Shown here piece after piece: positions 36,743-49,309 of a stretch of 64,000 nucleotides of DNA. A program made the translations under genes and the position numbers. The stretch is taken from assembly GCA_026388515.1 (NCBI GenBank), contig JAPLJO010000040.1:1825-65824 (forward strand), written 5' to 3'. Position 1 is the stretch's first letter; each line of letters opens with the position of its first letter. The notes below the pieces were generated by a model, which made no database searches, was not told where the DNA came from, and was given only the letters and a program-made list of their open reading frames with translations. Source of the DNA: Deltaproteobacteria bacterium (GTDB lineage: Bacteria; Desulfobacterota; Syntrophia; Syntrophales; UBA2210).

Positions 36743-37930
36743 ATGACGGTCGCAAGGAAAATTGAAGAATTCATGGCGCAATCGTCATGGATAAGAAAAA
36801 TGTTCGAAGAGGGAATTCGGCTCAAAAAGGAATACGGTGACGATAAAGTCTATGACTTCAGCCTCGGCAATCCTAATATCCACATCGAGGTTCCGGAACA
36901 TTTTAAAAAAATACTCCTGGAGACCGCGCGGGATTCAGGGTTGCGGGTTCACGCCTACATGCCGAACGCCGGTTTTCATGAAACAAGAACGGCCATTGCT
37001 GAATATCTCAGCGATGAGCACAAGGCGGAACTCACCCATGATCATGTGATAATGACCTGTGGTGCCGGCGGTGCTCTCAATGTGGCATTGAAAACGCTTC
37101 TTGATCCCGGGGATGAAGTCATCATCCCGGTGCCTTTTTTCGCAGAGTACCGTTTTTACATTGACAATCATGGCGGTGTGCCCCGTTATGTGGAGACACA
37201 TGATGATTTTTCACTTGATATAGAGGCGATCGCCGATGCCATCACGGACAGGACGAAAATCGTACTCATTAATTCCCCGAATAATCCGACGGGGAAGGTC
37301 TATGACAGACGCTCCATCGAACGTCTGGGCGAGTTGCTTACACAGAAGAGTAACGAACGGGACAATCATATTTATCTTATTGCTGATGAACCTTACCGGG
37401 ATATTGTGTTCGATGGAATCAGGGTGCCAAGCATTTTTCAGGCATATGACTGCAGTATTATCGCCACCTCCTATTCAAAAACGCTTTCCATACCCGGCGA
37501 GAGGATCGGATATCTTGCGGTCAATCCGGGGATTCCGGGCTGGGAGTCCGTTATCAACGGGATGGTCGTCTCAACAAGGATACTCGGTTTCGTGAATGCC
37601 CCCGCACTTATGCAGCGAATTGTCGCTAAAATGCAGGGTGTAATTGTGGACATCGAGTATTACAGGAAAAAAAGGGATATCCTCTGCGACGGTCTCGCCA
37701 CGATCGGATACGAGTTCATAAAACCGCAGGGTGCGTTCTATCTTTTCCCGAAGTCACCAATCGATGATGATGTTGAGTTTGTATCGGCGCTGCAAAGACG
37801 GCAGATACTTACCGTCCCGGGGCGTGGATTCGGCCGAGCAGGTTACTTCAGAATTGCGTATTGTGTTGATGACAGGACCATACTGAATTCGATGAAGGGT
37901 TTTGCGGAGGTGATGGCGGAGTACCGGTAG
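36743..37930 (+). CDS. Class I/II pyridoxal-phosphate-dependent aminotransferase (aspartate/alanine aminotransferase-like)
   Basis: YDFSLGNP, NSPNNPTG and SYSKTLSIPGERIGY (PLP Lys). The ATG at 36743 was chosen. Confidence 0.85.
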   Translation: MTVARKIEEFMAQSSWIRKMFEEGIRLKKEYGDDKVYDFSLGNPNIHIEVPEHFKKILLETARDSGLRVHAYMPNAGFHETRTAIAEYLSDEHKAELTHDHVIMTCGAGGALNVALKTLLDPGDEVIIPVPFFAEYRFYIDNHGGVPRYVETHDDFSLDIEAIADAITDRTKIVLINSPNNPTGKVYDRRSIERLGELLTQKSNERDNHIYLIADEPYRDIVFDGIRVPSIFQAYDCSIIATSYSKTLSIPGERIGYLAVNPGIPGWESVINGMVVSTRILGFVNAPALMQRIVAKMQGVIVDIEYYRKKRDILCDGLATIGYEFIKPQGAFYLFPKSPIDDDVEFVSALQRRQILTVPGRGFGRAGYFRIAYCVDDRTILNSMKGFAEVMAEYR

Positions 37931-37970
37931 CGGAAGGAAGCGGTCATGTTCATGTGGATGAGGTGGCATC

Positions 37971-38309
37971 ATGAAGGAGTATCGCCCCTGGGGTTATTAT
38001 GAAGTACTTGTTGACGAGCCGGACCATAAGATAAAGCGCATTACCGTCTATCCGAAGCAGCGCTTCAGCCTGCAGCGTCATCTCAAACGGGACGAACACT
38101 GGTTCGTTCTCGGCGGGACGGCGAATATTACCATCGGTACCAGTGAGAAATCATATGCAGCCGGCCAATCACTCGACATACCGAGGGAGATCCTTCACCG
38201 GCTCCGTAATGATGAAGACGTTGATGTGACGTTCATTGAGATTCAGACGGGTGATTATTTCGGTGAAGATGATATTGAGCGCCTGGAAGATGATTACGGA
38301 AGACGGTAA
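37971..38309 (+). CDS. Cupin-domain protein (mannose-6-phosphate isomerase type II C-terminal-like)
   Basis: RPWGYYEVL...SLQRHLKRDEHWFVLGG is typical of the small PMI-type cupin. Confidence 0.7.
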   Translation: MKEYRPWGYYEVLVDEPDHKIKRITVYPKQRFSLQRHLKRDEHWFVLGGTANITIGTSEKSYAAGQSLDIPREILHRLRNDEDVDVTFIEIQTGDYFGEDDIERLEDDYGRR

Positions 38310-38361
38310 CAGAATAAACAGGACCTGTGCGACTCCCCATAATGAGTAGTGAGGACATTGA

Positions 38362-39348
38362 ATGCTTATCGCCGCCGACATAGGTGGAACTAAAACGGTG
38401 CTGGGAATATTTACGAGAGACAAAGGTCCGTGTACGCCTATTTTTGATAAAACCTATACGAGCAACTCCTTTTCAAGCTTCGAGGATATTGTCGCTGAGT
38501 TCATCACCGCGGCCGGTGTAAAGCCCGACAAGGGAATATTCGCGGTATCGGGCCCCGTCCTTGGTGTGGAGGCAAGACCGACGAATCTTCCCTGGAGTGT
38601 GGGAATAAGGAAATTACGCAACCGGTTCAATATTTCATCGGTACGGCTGATTAATGACATTGCGGCGATGGCGTATGCGGTTCCCGCACTTGATAATGAT
38701 GATTTTCATAGTCTGAATGAGGGTGTCGAGACTGCCGACGGCATGAGGGCGGTGATTGCACCGGGAACGGGATTGGGAGAGGCGTTCTTTCATAAGGTGC
38801 GAGGACGTATAAAGGTATATGCATCGGAAGGGGGCCATGCGGATTTTCCACCCACCGATGAACTCACCTGGAGTCTTACGCAGCATCTGGAAGAAAAATA
38901 CCATCATGTAAGCTGCGAACAGGTATGTTCCGGCAAGGGGATAGTGAATATCTATAAATTTTTAAGAGATGCGGGATATTGTGAAGAACCGGAATGGCTG
39001 AAGTCTGAACTTTCTCATGCCCGTGACAAGTCAACTGTCATTATACAGACATGCAATGACCTCACGAGACAAAACGAGCTGACATCAACCACCCTTGAAC
39101 TTTTCATGTCACTGCTTGGTGCCGAGGCAGGGAACATGGCACTGAAAGTGATGGCAACCGGCGGAATATATCTTGGTGGAGGCATTCCAAGGAGGATTGT
39201 GCCTGCCCTTGCCGCCGGTCCATTTATGAAGGCTTTTGCGGCAAAGGGCCGTTTTTCCGATATGATGTCGCGCATTCCGGTTCGAATAATCCTTAATGAA
39301 AAAGCGGCGCTTATCGGCACGGCACGTATCGGACTGGGGCTGTCATGA
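38362..39348 (+). CDS. glk: Glucokinase
   Basis: The ADIGGTKT N-terminus, RLINDIAAMAY and GGIYLGGGI are typical of Glk. Confidence 0.85.
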   Translation: MLIAADIGGTKTVLGIFTRDKGPCTPIFDKTYTSNSFSSFEDIVAEFITAAGVKPDKGIFAVSGPVLGVEARPTNLPWSVGIRKLRNRFNISSVRLINDIAAMAYAVPALDNDDFHSLNEGVETADGMRAVIAPGTGLGEAFFHKVRGRIKVYASEGGHADFPPTDELTWSLTQHLEEKYHHVSCEQVCSGKGIVNIYKFLRDAGYCEEPEWLKSELSHARDKSTVIIQTCNDLTRQNELTSTTLELFMSLLGAEAGNMALKVMATGGIYLGGGIPRRIVPALAAGPFMKAFAAKGRFSDMMSRIPVRIILNEKAALIGTARIGLGLS

Positions 39349-39369
39349 GTATGATTGACCGGTATCACT

Positions 39370-40287
39370 TCAGGTCTTTGAGGCTTCTTTCTCTTTATTC
39401 ATCATATAAATCCACAACTGAGATATAAGCATTCCTGCAAGTATCAGCGCGCATCCGACAAACTGCCGCCCCGTCATGGTTTCGTTGAGAATCAGGTAAC
39501 CGCCCATAGCTGCGAACACCGCTTCCATGCTGAGAAGAATGGCGGCATGGGCGGGATGTGCGCTTTTCTGTGCGACGACCTGCATGGTGTACGCAATGCC
39601 CACCGAAACAACTCCGCCGTAGAACAAGGGGAGGCCGGCCTGAAGCAGTCCGTGCATGGTTATCGTTTCCAATGAAATTGCGACACACATGCTGCAGAAG
39701 GAACAGACGGCATATTGAGCGAATGCAAGCTTGAAAGAATCTACCTGCGGCGAGAGCCACCCTATGATGATGACATGCAGCGCCCAGAACATCGCCCCGA
39801 CCAGTACAAGCATGTCTCCGTAATTTATCGCGAGCCGTGATGTCACGCTCAACAGGTAAAGACCGCATAGCGATAGAACGGCACCAATCCATGTGCCCGC
39901 GGTGGAGTGTCGTCCGAGCAATATGAGGATAATCGGCACCACGACGACATAAAGCCCGGTGATAAAGCCTGCATTCCCGGCGGTCGTGTAGACAATACCC
40001 ACCTGCTGGAGCGAGGCGCCGCTGAAAAGGACCAGTCCCGCCAGCAATCCTCCACCTATGACCCGTGGCCTGTGAAAATGGAGACGGTTCTCATGTTGAA
40101 TTTGCGATACATTCTTTGTTCGAGCCATCAGGGGAAGAAGCACGAGACATCCTAGCGCAAAGCGCACTCCATTGAAGGTAAATGGTTCCACAAATTCCAT
40201 GCCGACCCGCTGTGCCACAAAGGCAAACCCCCAGAGAAATGCCGTGGCAAGCAGAATTGCATCCGATTTGAGTGTGACGTTGTTCAT
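39370..40287 (-). CDS. DMT-superfamily (EamA-type) transporter
   Basis: Ten hydrophobic segments in an EamA repeat layout. The start was moved to the ATG at 40287 (MNNVTLKSDAILLATAFLWGFAFVAQR). Confidence 0.8.
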   Translation of the reverse strand: MNNVTLKSDAILLATAFLWGFAFVAQRVGMEFVEPFTFNGVRFALGCLVLLPLMARTKNVSQIQHENRLHFHRPRVIGGGLLAGLVLFSGASLQQVGIVYTTAGNAGFITGLYVVVVPIILILLGRHSTAGTWIGAVLSLCGLYLLSVTSRLAINYGDMLVLVGAMFWALHVIIIGWLSPQVDSFKLAFAQYAVCSFCSMCVAISLETITMHGLLQAGLPLFYGGVVSVGIAYTMQVVAQKSAHPAHAAILLSMEAVFAAMGGYLILNETMTGRQFVGCALILAGMLISQLWIYMMNKEKEASKT

Positions 40288-40403
40288 TCGATTACACTTT
40301 CTTTTATTCTTCGCGGGAGGATTCACCCGAAGCGTTGATGGTGATAATGGGGCGAGACGATACACGAGATATGCATGAGAATCAATCACGAAAAGAGTGC
40401 GCC

Positions 40404-41264
40404 CTAAAACCTCATCAGAATGACGGTGGCAATCGTCATGGCGATTGCCGCGGCTTTTTGCATGGTTATCCGCTCGCTGAAAATCATGGCGGAGAGAATG
40501 ATGGCTATCACGAAATGCATGCCTGTAATCGAGATGATGAGTGAAAGAGGACCTTCGGCGAGTGCCTTCATGAGAGATAAGAAACCGGCGAAATTGACCA
40601 CGCCTATAATCGCACCGATGAGAAGAGATTTGTTCAGGTTATCATGCACTCGTTCTTTCTGCAGTATTTCTCCAAGCGGGTAGGTTAATAGCGTGCCGGT
40701 GATATACGACAGTGCGATGAAAGCGTATGGGTTGACATGAACTGCCGCAAACTTACTGGAGATAGCTGCGACCGCACCTGATATGAGTGCGATGAGCGCA
40801 AAAAGGATGCCGCGTTTTGAGATCCCGGGTCCGGAGACGGTGTCATCACCATGCCGTACAAAGAAAATGATTACGGGGATCGCAATGATGAGTCCTATGC
40901 ATTGAAAGAGTGATGGTTCGTCACTGAAATAGAGAATCGAAAAAATAACTACGATCACCGTGCCGAGTCGTGACAATGGATAGACGACATTTCCACTTAT
41001 GTATTTAAGCGCTTCTATTGTGCTGATGGTGCCGATCACAAATGCAGTTCCATTGATACACGATACGACGAGAAGATACGTTATATGTTCGAGCCGTTCA
41101 TGCCGGATGAAAAAAAATAGAATGCCGAGAAGTGATACGGTAACCATGAATGTTATCGTGGTAGTGGCGGTGTCGCACTTCCACTCCGCGGATACTTTGT
41201 AAAGGAAACGCTGAATACCGAAAAGAATGAGTGCAATGAGGGAAAAGTAATACCAGGATGCCAT
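40404..41264 (-). CDS. DMT-like / EamA-like integral membrane transporter
   Basis: About 10 TM segments and a size typical for the family. The family call comes from topology only. Confidence 0.65.
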   Translation of the reverse strand: MASWYYFSLIALILFGIQRFLYKVSAEWKCDTATTTITFMVTVSLLGILFFFIRHERLEHITYLLVVSCINGTAFVIGTISTIEALKYISGNVVYPLSRLGTVIVVIFSILYFSDEPSLFQCIGLIIAIPVIIFFVRHGDDTVSGPGISKRGILFALIALISGAVAAISSKFAAVHVNPYAFIALSYITGTLLTYPLGEILQKERVHDNLNKSLLIGAIIGVVNFAGFLSLMKALAEGPLSLIISITGMHFVIAIILSAMIFSERITMQKAAAIAMTIATVILMRF

Positions 41265-41487
41265 ACTCCGCCTCGTTCTGGTTTAAAAACCAGCTCCGTC
41301 TGGACCGGAGTCTCAATACAATTCTAGTGATTTTGAACGTCACCCTTTTCGAAAAACGCCTCTATTACGAGAACTTTCAACTTTAAACATAAAAAGCAGA
41401 ATACTTGATCCGGCAACCAGTTGAAGTTATTTGTCTAACATTGGGATAATAGTGTAGGCTGATTTATAATGAATTTTGAGGTTAGAT

Positions 41488-42120
41488 TTAAAATACAGCG
41501 TATATGGAGAATGCGTAGCCGGGTTTAAATGTATCCGTTCCGGTTTGAAGATATGTAGATATAATATTATATCCTCTTATATCGTACCAATTAACAAGTC
41601 TTTTTGTTTCCATTTTAATTGTCGTATTATCATACAAAAGTTCTAATCCCAAGGCAATCCGTTGATTTTTAAAAAGCTCTATACCCAAGGCTCCGAAAAA
41701 ACCAGGATAACTTGATAAAAAGTAATCAGATGTTATGATATGTTGTATGATACCAAAACGGAAATATGGTGTCATAGAGGACATTAATCCAAATGTGTAT
41801 CCCATATTAATGTTAATAGGAATGTCAAGATAGTGAGAATTACCTAAAGTATATATAGAGGGACCGATGCCCGTTCCGATGCGCATACCATTGTCAAACT
41901 GCAAATAGGGTTGGAATGAAATGCCGAAAGGGAATGCACCGGGATCGGTATCTGTTGCTTTGGTTGCTATGAGGTTTTCTTCGATATTGTCGGCAATATG
42001 CGTAAAGCCTACCACATAAGATATTCCAACCGGATAACGCCACTCATCTGCAGCGGCGAAACGCGAATACGAAATTACAGTGGCGATACAAAGGAGTGAT
42101 AATAGAATATTTCTTTTCAT
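41488..42120 (-). CDS. Outer-membrane beta-barrel protein (hypothetical), AT-rich gene
   Basis: Signal peptide MKRNILLSLLCIATVISYSRFAAA, alternating aromatic/Gly beta-strand pattern and a C-terminal ...YAVF ending in Phe. Confidence 0.6.
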   Translation of the reverse strand: MKRNILLSLLCIATVISYSRFAAADEWRYPVGISYVVGFTHIADNIEENLIATKATDTDPGAFPFGISFQPYLQFDNGMRIGTGIGPSIYTLGNSHYLDIPININMGYTFGLMSSMTPYFRFGIIQHIITSDYFLSSYPGFFGALGIELFKNQRIALGLELLYDNTTIKMETKRLVNWYDIRGYNIISTYLQTGTDTFKPGYAFSIYAVF

Positions 42121-42327
42121 GGAAAAATCACATCCCCTGGCGGGAATAGCAAACCTTCTTGAAGAATAACCACAGTGAATAGCGCACCTTCATGAGATCA
42201 GTCATACGGTCGAGGTACTATATAAAGAGTTGGTAAGTAATTCAATAACATTGCCCGGTGACACGGTCAAGCCTAAATTGAGTATCTGCCGTTCAGGATA
42301 TGATGAATCGAGGCCAGGTTGAAATTC

Positions 42328-42603
42328 TCAGTACGAGATTATGAATCCATCAAGGTCGCCTTTATATGGCTCGAAATTAATATCAAAAGTATCAACGGAA
42401 GCGAGCCTTGGACCCTTCCGGCACCATGCAATCATGCGGTCAACGTCTTCCTTCGTACCTTCAAATAAAGCTTCAACGCTGCCACCGGGGAGATTTCTCA
42501 CCCATCCCCTGATATTGAGGCTGAGAGCCTGCCGTTGCGTTTCAGCCCGGAAGAACACACCCTGCACACGGCCGGTAACTACCACACGTACTCTTTGTTT
42601 CAT
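42328..42603 (-). CDS. acyP: Acylphosphatase
   Basis: VTGRVQGVFFR...GWVRNLPGGSVEA is the classic acylphosphatase signature, in a 91-aa product. Confidence 0.85.
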   Translation of the reverse strand: MKQRVRVVVTGRVQGVFFRAETQRQALSLNIRGWVRNLPGGSVEALFEGTKEDVDRMIAWCRKGPRLASVDTFDINFEPYKGDLDGFIISY

Positions 42604-42628
42604 GGGATATGCATGAGTACTGCATGTA

Positions 42629-44943
<2,315 letters not shown>

Positions 44944-45065
44944 TCGCCCGTAAATACGTTACGATACTATCTATAGAGATATTAAAAGTCAAATCAAAAT
45001 CCTCGTATATATAATTAAATCCTTGTGTTTTGACCCGGCCGGACTATAATTCAAAATAAAAAATC

Positions 45066-45548
45066 ATGATTAGAATCGGTATTATTTCAGATACACATCT
45101 TTCTGATGCCACTCCTGAACTTGATAGACTTATTGAGTATCATTTCAATGATATTGAAGTGATACTGCATGCAGGCGATCTCGTCCATATGGATGTGCTC
45201 AACGCATTTGGAGGGAAACGGATTCATGCTGTCTGTGGAAATATGGACACAGCGGATGTCGTTAAAACTCTTCCCAGGAAGAAAGTTCTTGAATTTGATG
45301 GTTACCGGATCGGCCTGATCCACGGCGGGGGAGACCCCTCGGGCATGGAATCCCGTCTGAAAGATGAATTCGATACCGTTCATTGCATCGTGTATGGACA
45401 CACGCACAAGCCTTACAACGAAGTTCACGAAGGCATACTTTATTTTAATCCCGGCTCACCAACGGATAAAATATTTTCACCATTTAACTCCCTCGGAATA
45501 CTAACGATAGATACAACAATCAGCGGGAGCATAATCAGGTTACCGTAA
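45066..45548 (+). CDS. YfcE/MJ0936-type metallophosphoesterase
   Basis: It has the ISDTH, AGDL, CGNMD and GHTH motifs. Confidence 0.8.
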   Translation: MIRIGIISDTHLSDATPELDRLIEYHFNDIEVILHAGDLVHMDVLNAFGGKRIHAVCGNMDTADVVKTLPRKKVLEFDGYRIGLIHGGGDPSGMESRLKDEFDTVHCIVYGHTHKPYNEVHEGILYFNPGSPTDKIFSPFNSLGILTIDTTISGSIIRLP

Positions 45549-45569
45549 CGTACGGTGCGAGGCGACGAC

Positions 45570-46046
45570 ATGGAACATATCATTACACCCGGAAGGATTA
45601 AATATATTCGGGGCGGGAAGGTCGAAGGATGCATTTTTTGTAAAGATTCCATACGGGAAGATGATCTGGTACTGCATGAAGGAGAAACCAGTTATATAGT
45701 TATGAATAAGTATCCCTATACCACCGGTCATGTCATGATTGTTCCCTACCGGCATATCTGCGAATTGAAAGAAATGACTCCCGATGAGAGACTTGAAATG
45801 ATGAACCTGCTGGAAATGACCATCGGGGCATTAAAGAGGGAATTGAATCCTGAAGGGTTTAACGTGGGCATGAATCTGGGAAGAGCTGCCGGTGCGGGTG
45901 TTGAGTGTCATCTCCACCTGCATGTGGTCCCCCGCTGGGTTGGCGACACCAATTTTGCAACTGTGCTTGGCGATGTGCGTATAATACCTGAAGACATTAA
46001 AGCGACGAGGAAGATATTACTGGCTTCATTTGGCAAGTGTACGTAG
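45570..46046 (+). CDS. HIT-family nucleotide hydrolase/transferase
   Basis: It has the CIFC motif and the histidine triad HLHLHVVPRW. Confidence 0.8.
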   Translation: MEHIITPGRIKYIRGGKVEGCIFCKDSIREDDLVLHEGETSYIVMNKYPYTTGHVMIVPYRHICELKEMTPDERLEMMNLLEMTIGALKRELNPEGFNVGMNLGRAAGAGVECHLHLHVVPRWVGDTNFATVLGDVRIIPEDIKATRKILLASFGKCT

Positions 46047-46134
46047 CCGCAAAGAAAGATAATTTCCATAATGAAAAAAAGCTTACGGAATCGATAGAAA
46101 CGTCTGCACAGCCTCGGCGGGTTTGAATCCACCC

Positions 46135-46602
46135 ATGAAATTTCTTGCCGATTGTACACTTGGGAAACTGACTTTATGGCTTCGCATTCTCGGTTACGAC
46201 ACCGCGTATTCAAGAAGCACCATTGACAGGTCACTCCTGAATCAGGGACTGATTGAGGAAAGAATCGTTCTGACGCGCCGTCGTGATATGTTGAAGCGAA
46301 ATTACTCGGGTATGGTGATGATTCTTTGGGCCGACAGGGTGTGGGATCAGATCGAAGAACTAAAGAAAAATATCAACCTTGAACCTTCTTTGGAAATATT
46401 ATTTTCAAGGTGCGTGAACTGCAATACTAAGCTGCACGAAGTCAGCCGTGCCGATATTGAGGGCAGAGTTCCGTCATACATATTTAAGACACATGCGCAG
46501 TTCCATACATGTCAGCATTGCGGTAGAATTTTCTGGCCGGGAACTCACCGGGAGAGGATGCTCACTGCAATGGCTGAGCACAATCTGTTTCATCACCCTT
46601 GA
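46135..46602 (+). CDS. Mut7-C RNase-domain (DUF82, PIN-like + zinc ribbon) protein
   Basis: FLADCTLGKLTLWLRILGYDT, then C-terminal CVNCN...CQHCGRIFWPGTH. Confidence 0.7.
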   Translation: MKFLADCTLGKLTLWLRILGYDTAYSRSTIDRSLLNQGLIEERIVLTRRRDMLKRNYSGMVMILWADRVWDQIEELKKNINLEPSLEILFSRCVNCNTKLHEVSRADIEGRVPSYIFKTHAQFHTCQHCGRIFWPGTHRERMLTAMAEHNLFHHP

Positions 46603-47074
46603 TTTTTTCAATGGCATGCCTGAGCGCGGGTATAAGAACGGAGAGATTTTCACGAGCCCCTTTCGGACTGCCCGGAAGATTGATTATGAGTGATTTATTT
46701 CTGATACCCACCACTGCTCTTGAAATCATTGCATAAGGCGTTTTTGACATGCTTTCAAGGCGCATCATCTCTGCCATCCCGGGGATCAACTTGTCAACCA
46801 CTTCCAGCGTGGCATCGGGTGTGACGTCTCGGGGGCTTACGCCGGTGCCGCCTGTGGTTACGATGAGATCAAGCTTCCTGTGGTCGGCATAGTCGATGAG
46901 TTTCTGCTTTATCATATCCTTGTCATCGGGGATGATCTCATACGCATCTACCCGTACTGACATGCCTTCAAGCAGGTGCAGCACCTCCCGCCCGCTCACA
47001 TCCTCCCGCATTCCCCGGGAACCCTTGTCGCTGACCGTTAATACACCACCCGTTAGTGAGGTCGGTACAGTCAT
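46562..47074 (-). CDS. moaB: Molybdenum cofactor biosynthesis protein B / MogA-family
   Basis: VSDKGS...LIVTTGGTGVSPRDVTPDA...PGSPKG is typical of MoaB/MogA. Its 3' end overlaps the Mut7-C gene by 41 nt (convergent). Confidence 0.8.
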   Translation of the reverse strand: MTVPTSLTGGVLTVSDKGSRGMREDVSGREVLHLLEGMSVRVDAYEIIPDDKDMIKQKLIDYADHRKLDLIVTTGGTGVSPRDVTPDATLEVVDKLIPGMAEMMRLESMSKTPYAMISRAVVGIRNKSLIINLPGSPKGARENLSVLIPALRHAIEKIKGDETDCAQPLQ

Positions 47075-49146
47075 TCCTTCTTTTTGGATTCGGAAATTAT
47101 TTTTTCCTGAAGATGGGACGGAACTTCTTCATAGTGCGATATTTCATATGAAAAAGTTCCGCGACCGCTTGTTATCGACGTAATGATTGGAGCGTAATCC
47201 AGTATTTCCGCCAGCGCTACCTGGCCTCTGATTACCTGGTTCCGTCCAATTTTATCCATCCCGAGAATTCTTCCGCGGCGGCTGTTAAGATCACCAATCA
47301 CATCGCCCATATATTCATCGGGTATTTCAATATTGATAATGACTATGGGTTCGAGAAGCGTCGGCTGGCATTGCTGGAATCCTTTTTTAAAACCCATGGA
47401 ACCGGCTATTTTGAAAGCCATTTCAGAGGAGTCAACTGCATGATATGATCCATCGATCAGAGAGACCTTTACATCCACTACGGGATATCCGGCGATTATT
47501 CCCTCCTCCATTGCTTCAACGATACCTTTTTCAACTGCGGGAATATATGATTTTGGGATCACACCCCCCACAATCTTGTCTTCAAACTTGAAACCTTCTC
47601 CCCTCGGAAGCGGTTCGATATCGAGCCATGTATCGCCATACTGTCCTCTGCCGCCTGACTGTTTTTTGTATTTACCCTGAATTGTGGTTTTACCCTTTAT
47701 TGTTTCTTTGTATGGCACTTTGGGGTGCCGTAGATTCATCTCAACCCCGAATTTTCTTTTGAGTTTTTCAATCGTTACATCAAGATGGACCTGTCCTACC
47801 CCGGCGATGATGGTTTCTCTTGTTTCATCGTTTCTGTAAAGCTGCAGCGTCGGGTCCTCGTCGCGGAGCCTGTTGAGAGACGAAATTATCTTTTCTTCAT
47901 CACCCTTGGATTTGGGTTCCACGGCATATGAAACCACGGCATGAGGGAGTTTCACAATGTCGAGAATAATAGGAGCCTTCTCATTGCAGAGGGTGTCGCC
48001 CGTTGCCGTTTCCTTTAATTTTGCGACGGCGCCGATATCCCCGGGAATAAGTTTTTCGGCGGGTTTCTGGTTTTTCCCTTCGAGATAGAAAATATTTCCG
48101 AGCCGCTCGGTTATTTTTCTTGAAGCATTATAAAAAGGTGAATCCGATGTCAGTGTACCGGAATACACCCTGAAGAGAGTCAATTTTCCCGCGTAAGGAT
48201 CGGTAATCGTTTTAAATACTATGGAAGAGAACGGCGTTGCTTCATCAGGCGTTCTTTCCATTACTTCATCACTGCCTGGTTTCTTTCCCTTTGCCGCGCC
48301 TCTGTCGACAGGTGATGGCAGGTACTCTACAATCATATCGAGTAACGCGGCCACTCCAATCCCGTTCAGTGCGGAGCCACAGGTTGCGGGGATAATATCA
48401 CCCGATAGAATTCCCTTTCGGAGTCCATTTTTAATCTCTTCTTCAGAAAGATCACCCTGTTCAAGGTATTTTTCCATAAGGAATTCATCACGTTCGGCGA
48501 CATCTTCCAGAAGAATTTCCCTGAATTTTTTTGCTTCATCCATCAGGTCGGCAGGTATGTCCTCACGCTTGAATTTTTCCTTCGCGTCGTCGTACAAAAG
48601 CGCTTTCATTCCGATAAGATCTATCACCCCTCTCAATGCGTCTTGAGCGCCGATCGGAAGATAACAGGGACTTGCCTTTCTGCCGAATGTTGTGGTTATG
48701 GAGCCAAGCGCTTTTATAAAGTCAGCCCGCTCTTTATCCATTTTGTTTACGAATATGATCCGGGGAAGTGACAGTTCTTCGGCAAACATCCAGACATTTT
48801 CCGTCTGGAATTCAACGCCGCTTATAGCATCAACGAGTACAACCGCCGCATCGGCAACACGCAGGCCGTATTTCATTTCAAGAGAGAAATTAACGTCACC
48901 GGGAGTATCGATCAAATTTATCCTGTGTTTATTCCATTCGCAGAAATTGACTGCGACATTAAGCGACACGTGTCGTTTTTGCTCCTCGGGTTCAAAGTCG
49001 AATACGGATGTGCCGTTTCCCACACTGCCGGGCTTATCCGTTTTTCCGCTGGTAGAAAGCAGCGACTCACAGAGAGTCGTTTTCCCGGTCTGACCATGAC
49101 CCGCAAAAGCGATATTTCTCAAATTGTGTGAGCTATATGATGCCAT
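47071..49146 (-). CDS. fusA: Elongation factor G paralog
   Basis: G-domain motifs AGHGQTGKTTL, DTPG and NKMD, plus EF-G domains II-V. The start was moved to the ATG at 49146. Confidence 0.85.
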   Translation of the reverse strand: MASYSSHNLRNIAFAGHGQTGKTTLCESLLSTSGKTDKPGSVGNGTSVFDFEPEEQKRHVSLNVAVNFCEWNKHRINLIDTPGDVNFSLEMKYGLRVADAAVVLVDAISGVEFQTENVWMFAEELSLPRIIFVNKMDKERADFIKALGSITTTFGRKASPCYLPIGAQDALRGVIDLIGMKALLYDDAKEKFKREDIPADLMDEAKKFREILLEDVAERDEFLMEKYLEQGDLSEEEIKNGLRKGILSGDIIPATCGSALNGIGVAALLDMIVEYLPSPVDRGAAKGKKPGSDEVMERTPDEATPFSSIVFKTITDPYAGKLTLFRVYSGTLTSDSPFYNASRKITERLGNIFYLEGKNQKPAEKLIPGDIGAVAKLKETATGDTLCNEKAPIILDIVKLPHAVVSYAVEPKSKGDEEKIISSLNRLRDEDPTLQLYRNDETRETIIAGVGQVHLDVTIEKLKRKFGVEMNLRHPKVPYKETIKGKTTIQGKYKKQSGGRGQYGDTWLDIEPLPRGEGFKFEDKIVGGVIPKSYIPAVEKGIVEAMEEGIIAGYPVVDVKVSLIDGSYHAVDSSEMAFKIAGSMGFKKGFQQCQPTLLEPIVIINIEIPDEYMGDVIGDLNSRRGRILGMDKIGRNQVIRGQVALAEILDYAPIITSITSGRGTFSYEISHYEEVPSHLQEKIISESKKKE

Positions 49147-49239
49147 TGAGATGCCTTTCTTTTTGATAAAAAACAATCTTGACTGTTTAACTTATTCCTT
49201 TTTTTAATGTCAAGACAATTTTCTTTTTGGGATAAGCAA

Positions 49240-49268
49240 TTGACTATCATTGATAATTATGTTATAAA
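49240..49268 (+). promoter_or_regulatory. Putative sigma70 promoter for carD operon
   Basis: TTGACT, a 17-nt spacer, then TATAAA, about 40 nt upstream of the carD ATG. Confidence 0.45.
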
Positions 49269-49309
49269 AAACCGCTCATTAAATAATATGTCAGGAGTTG
49301 GATGGTACA

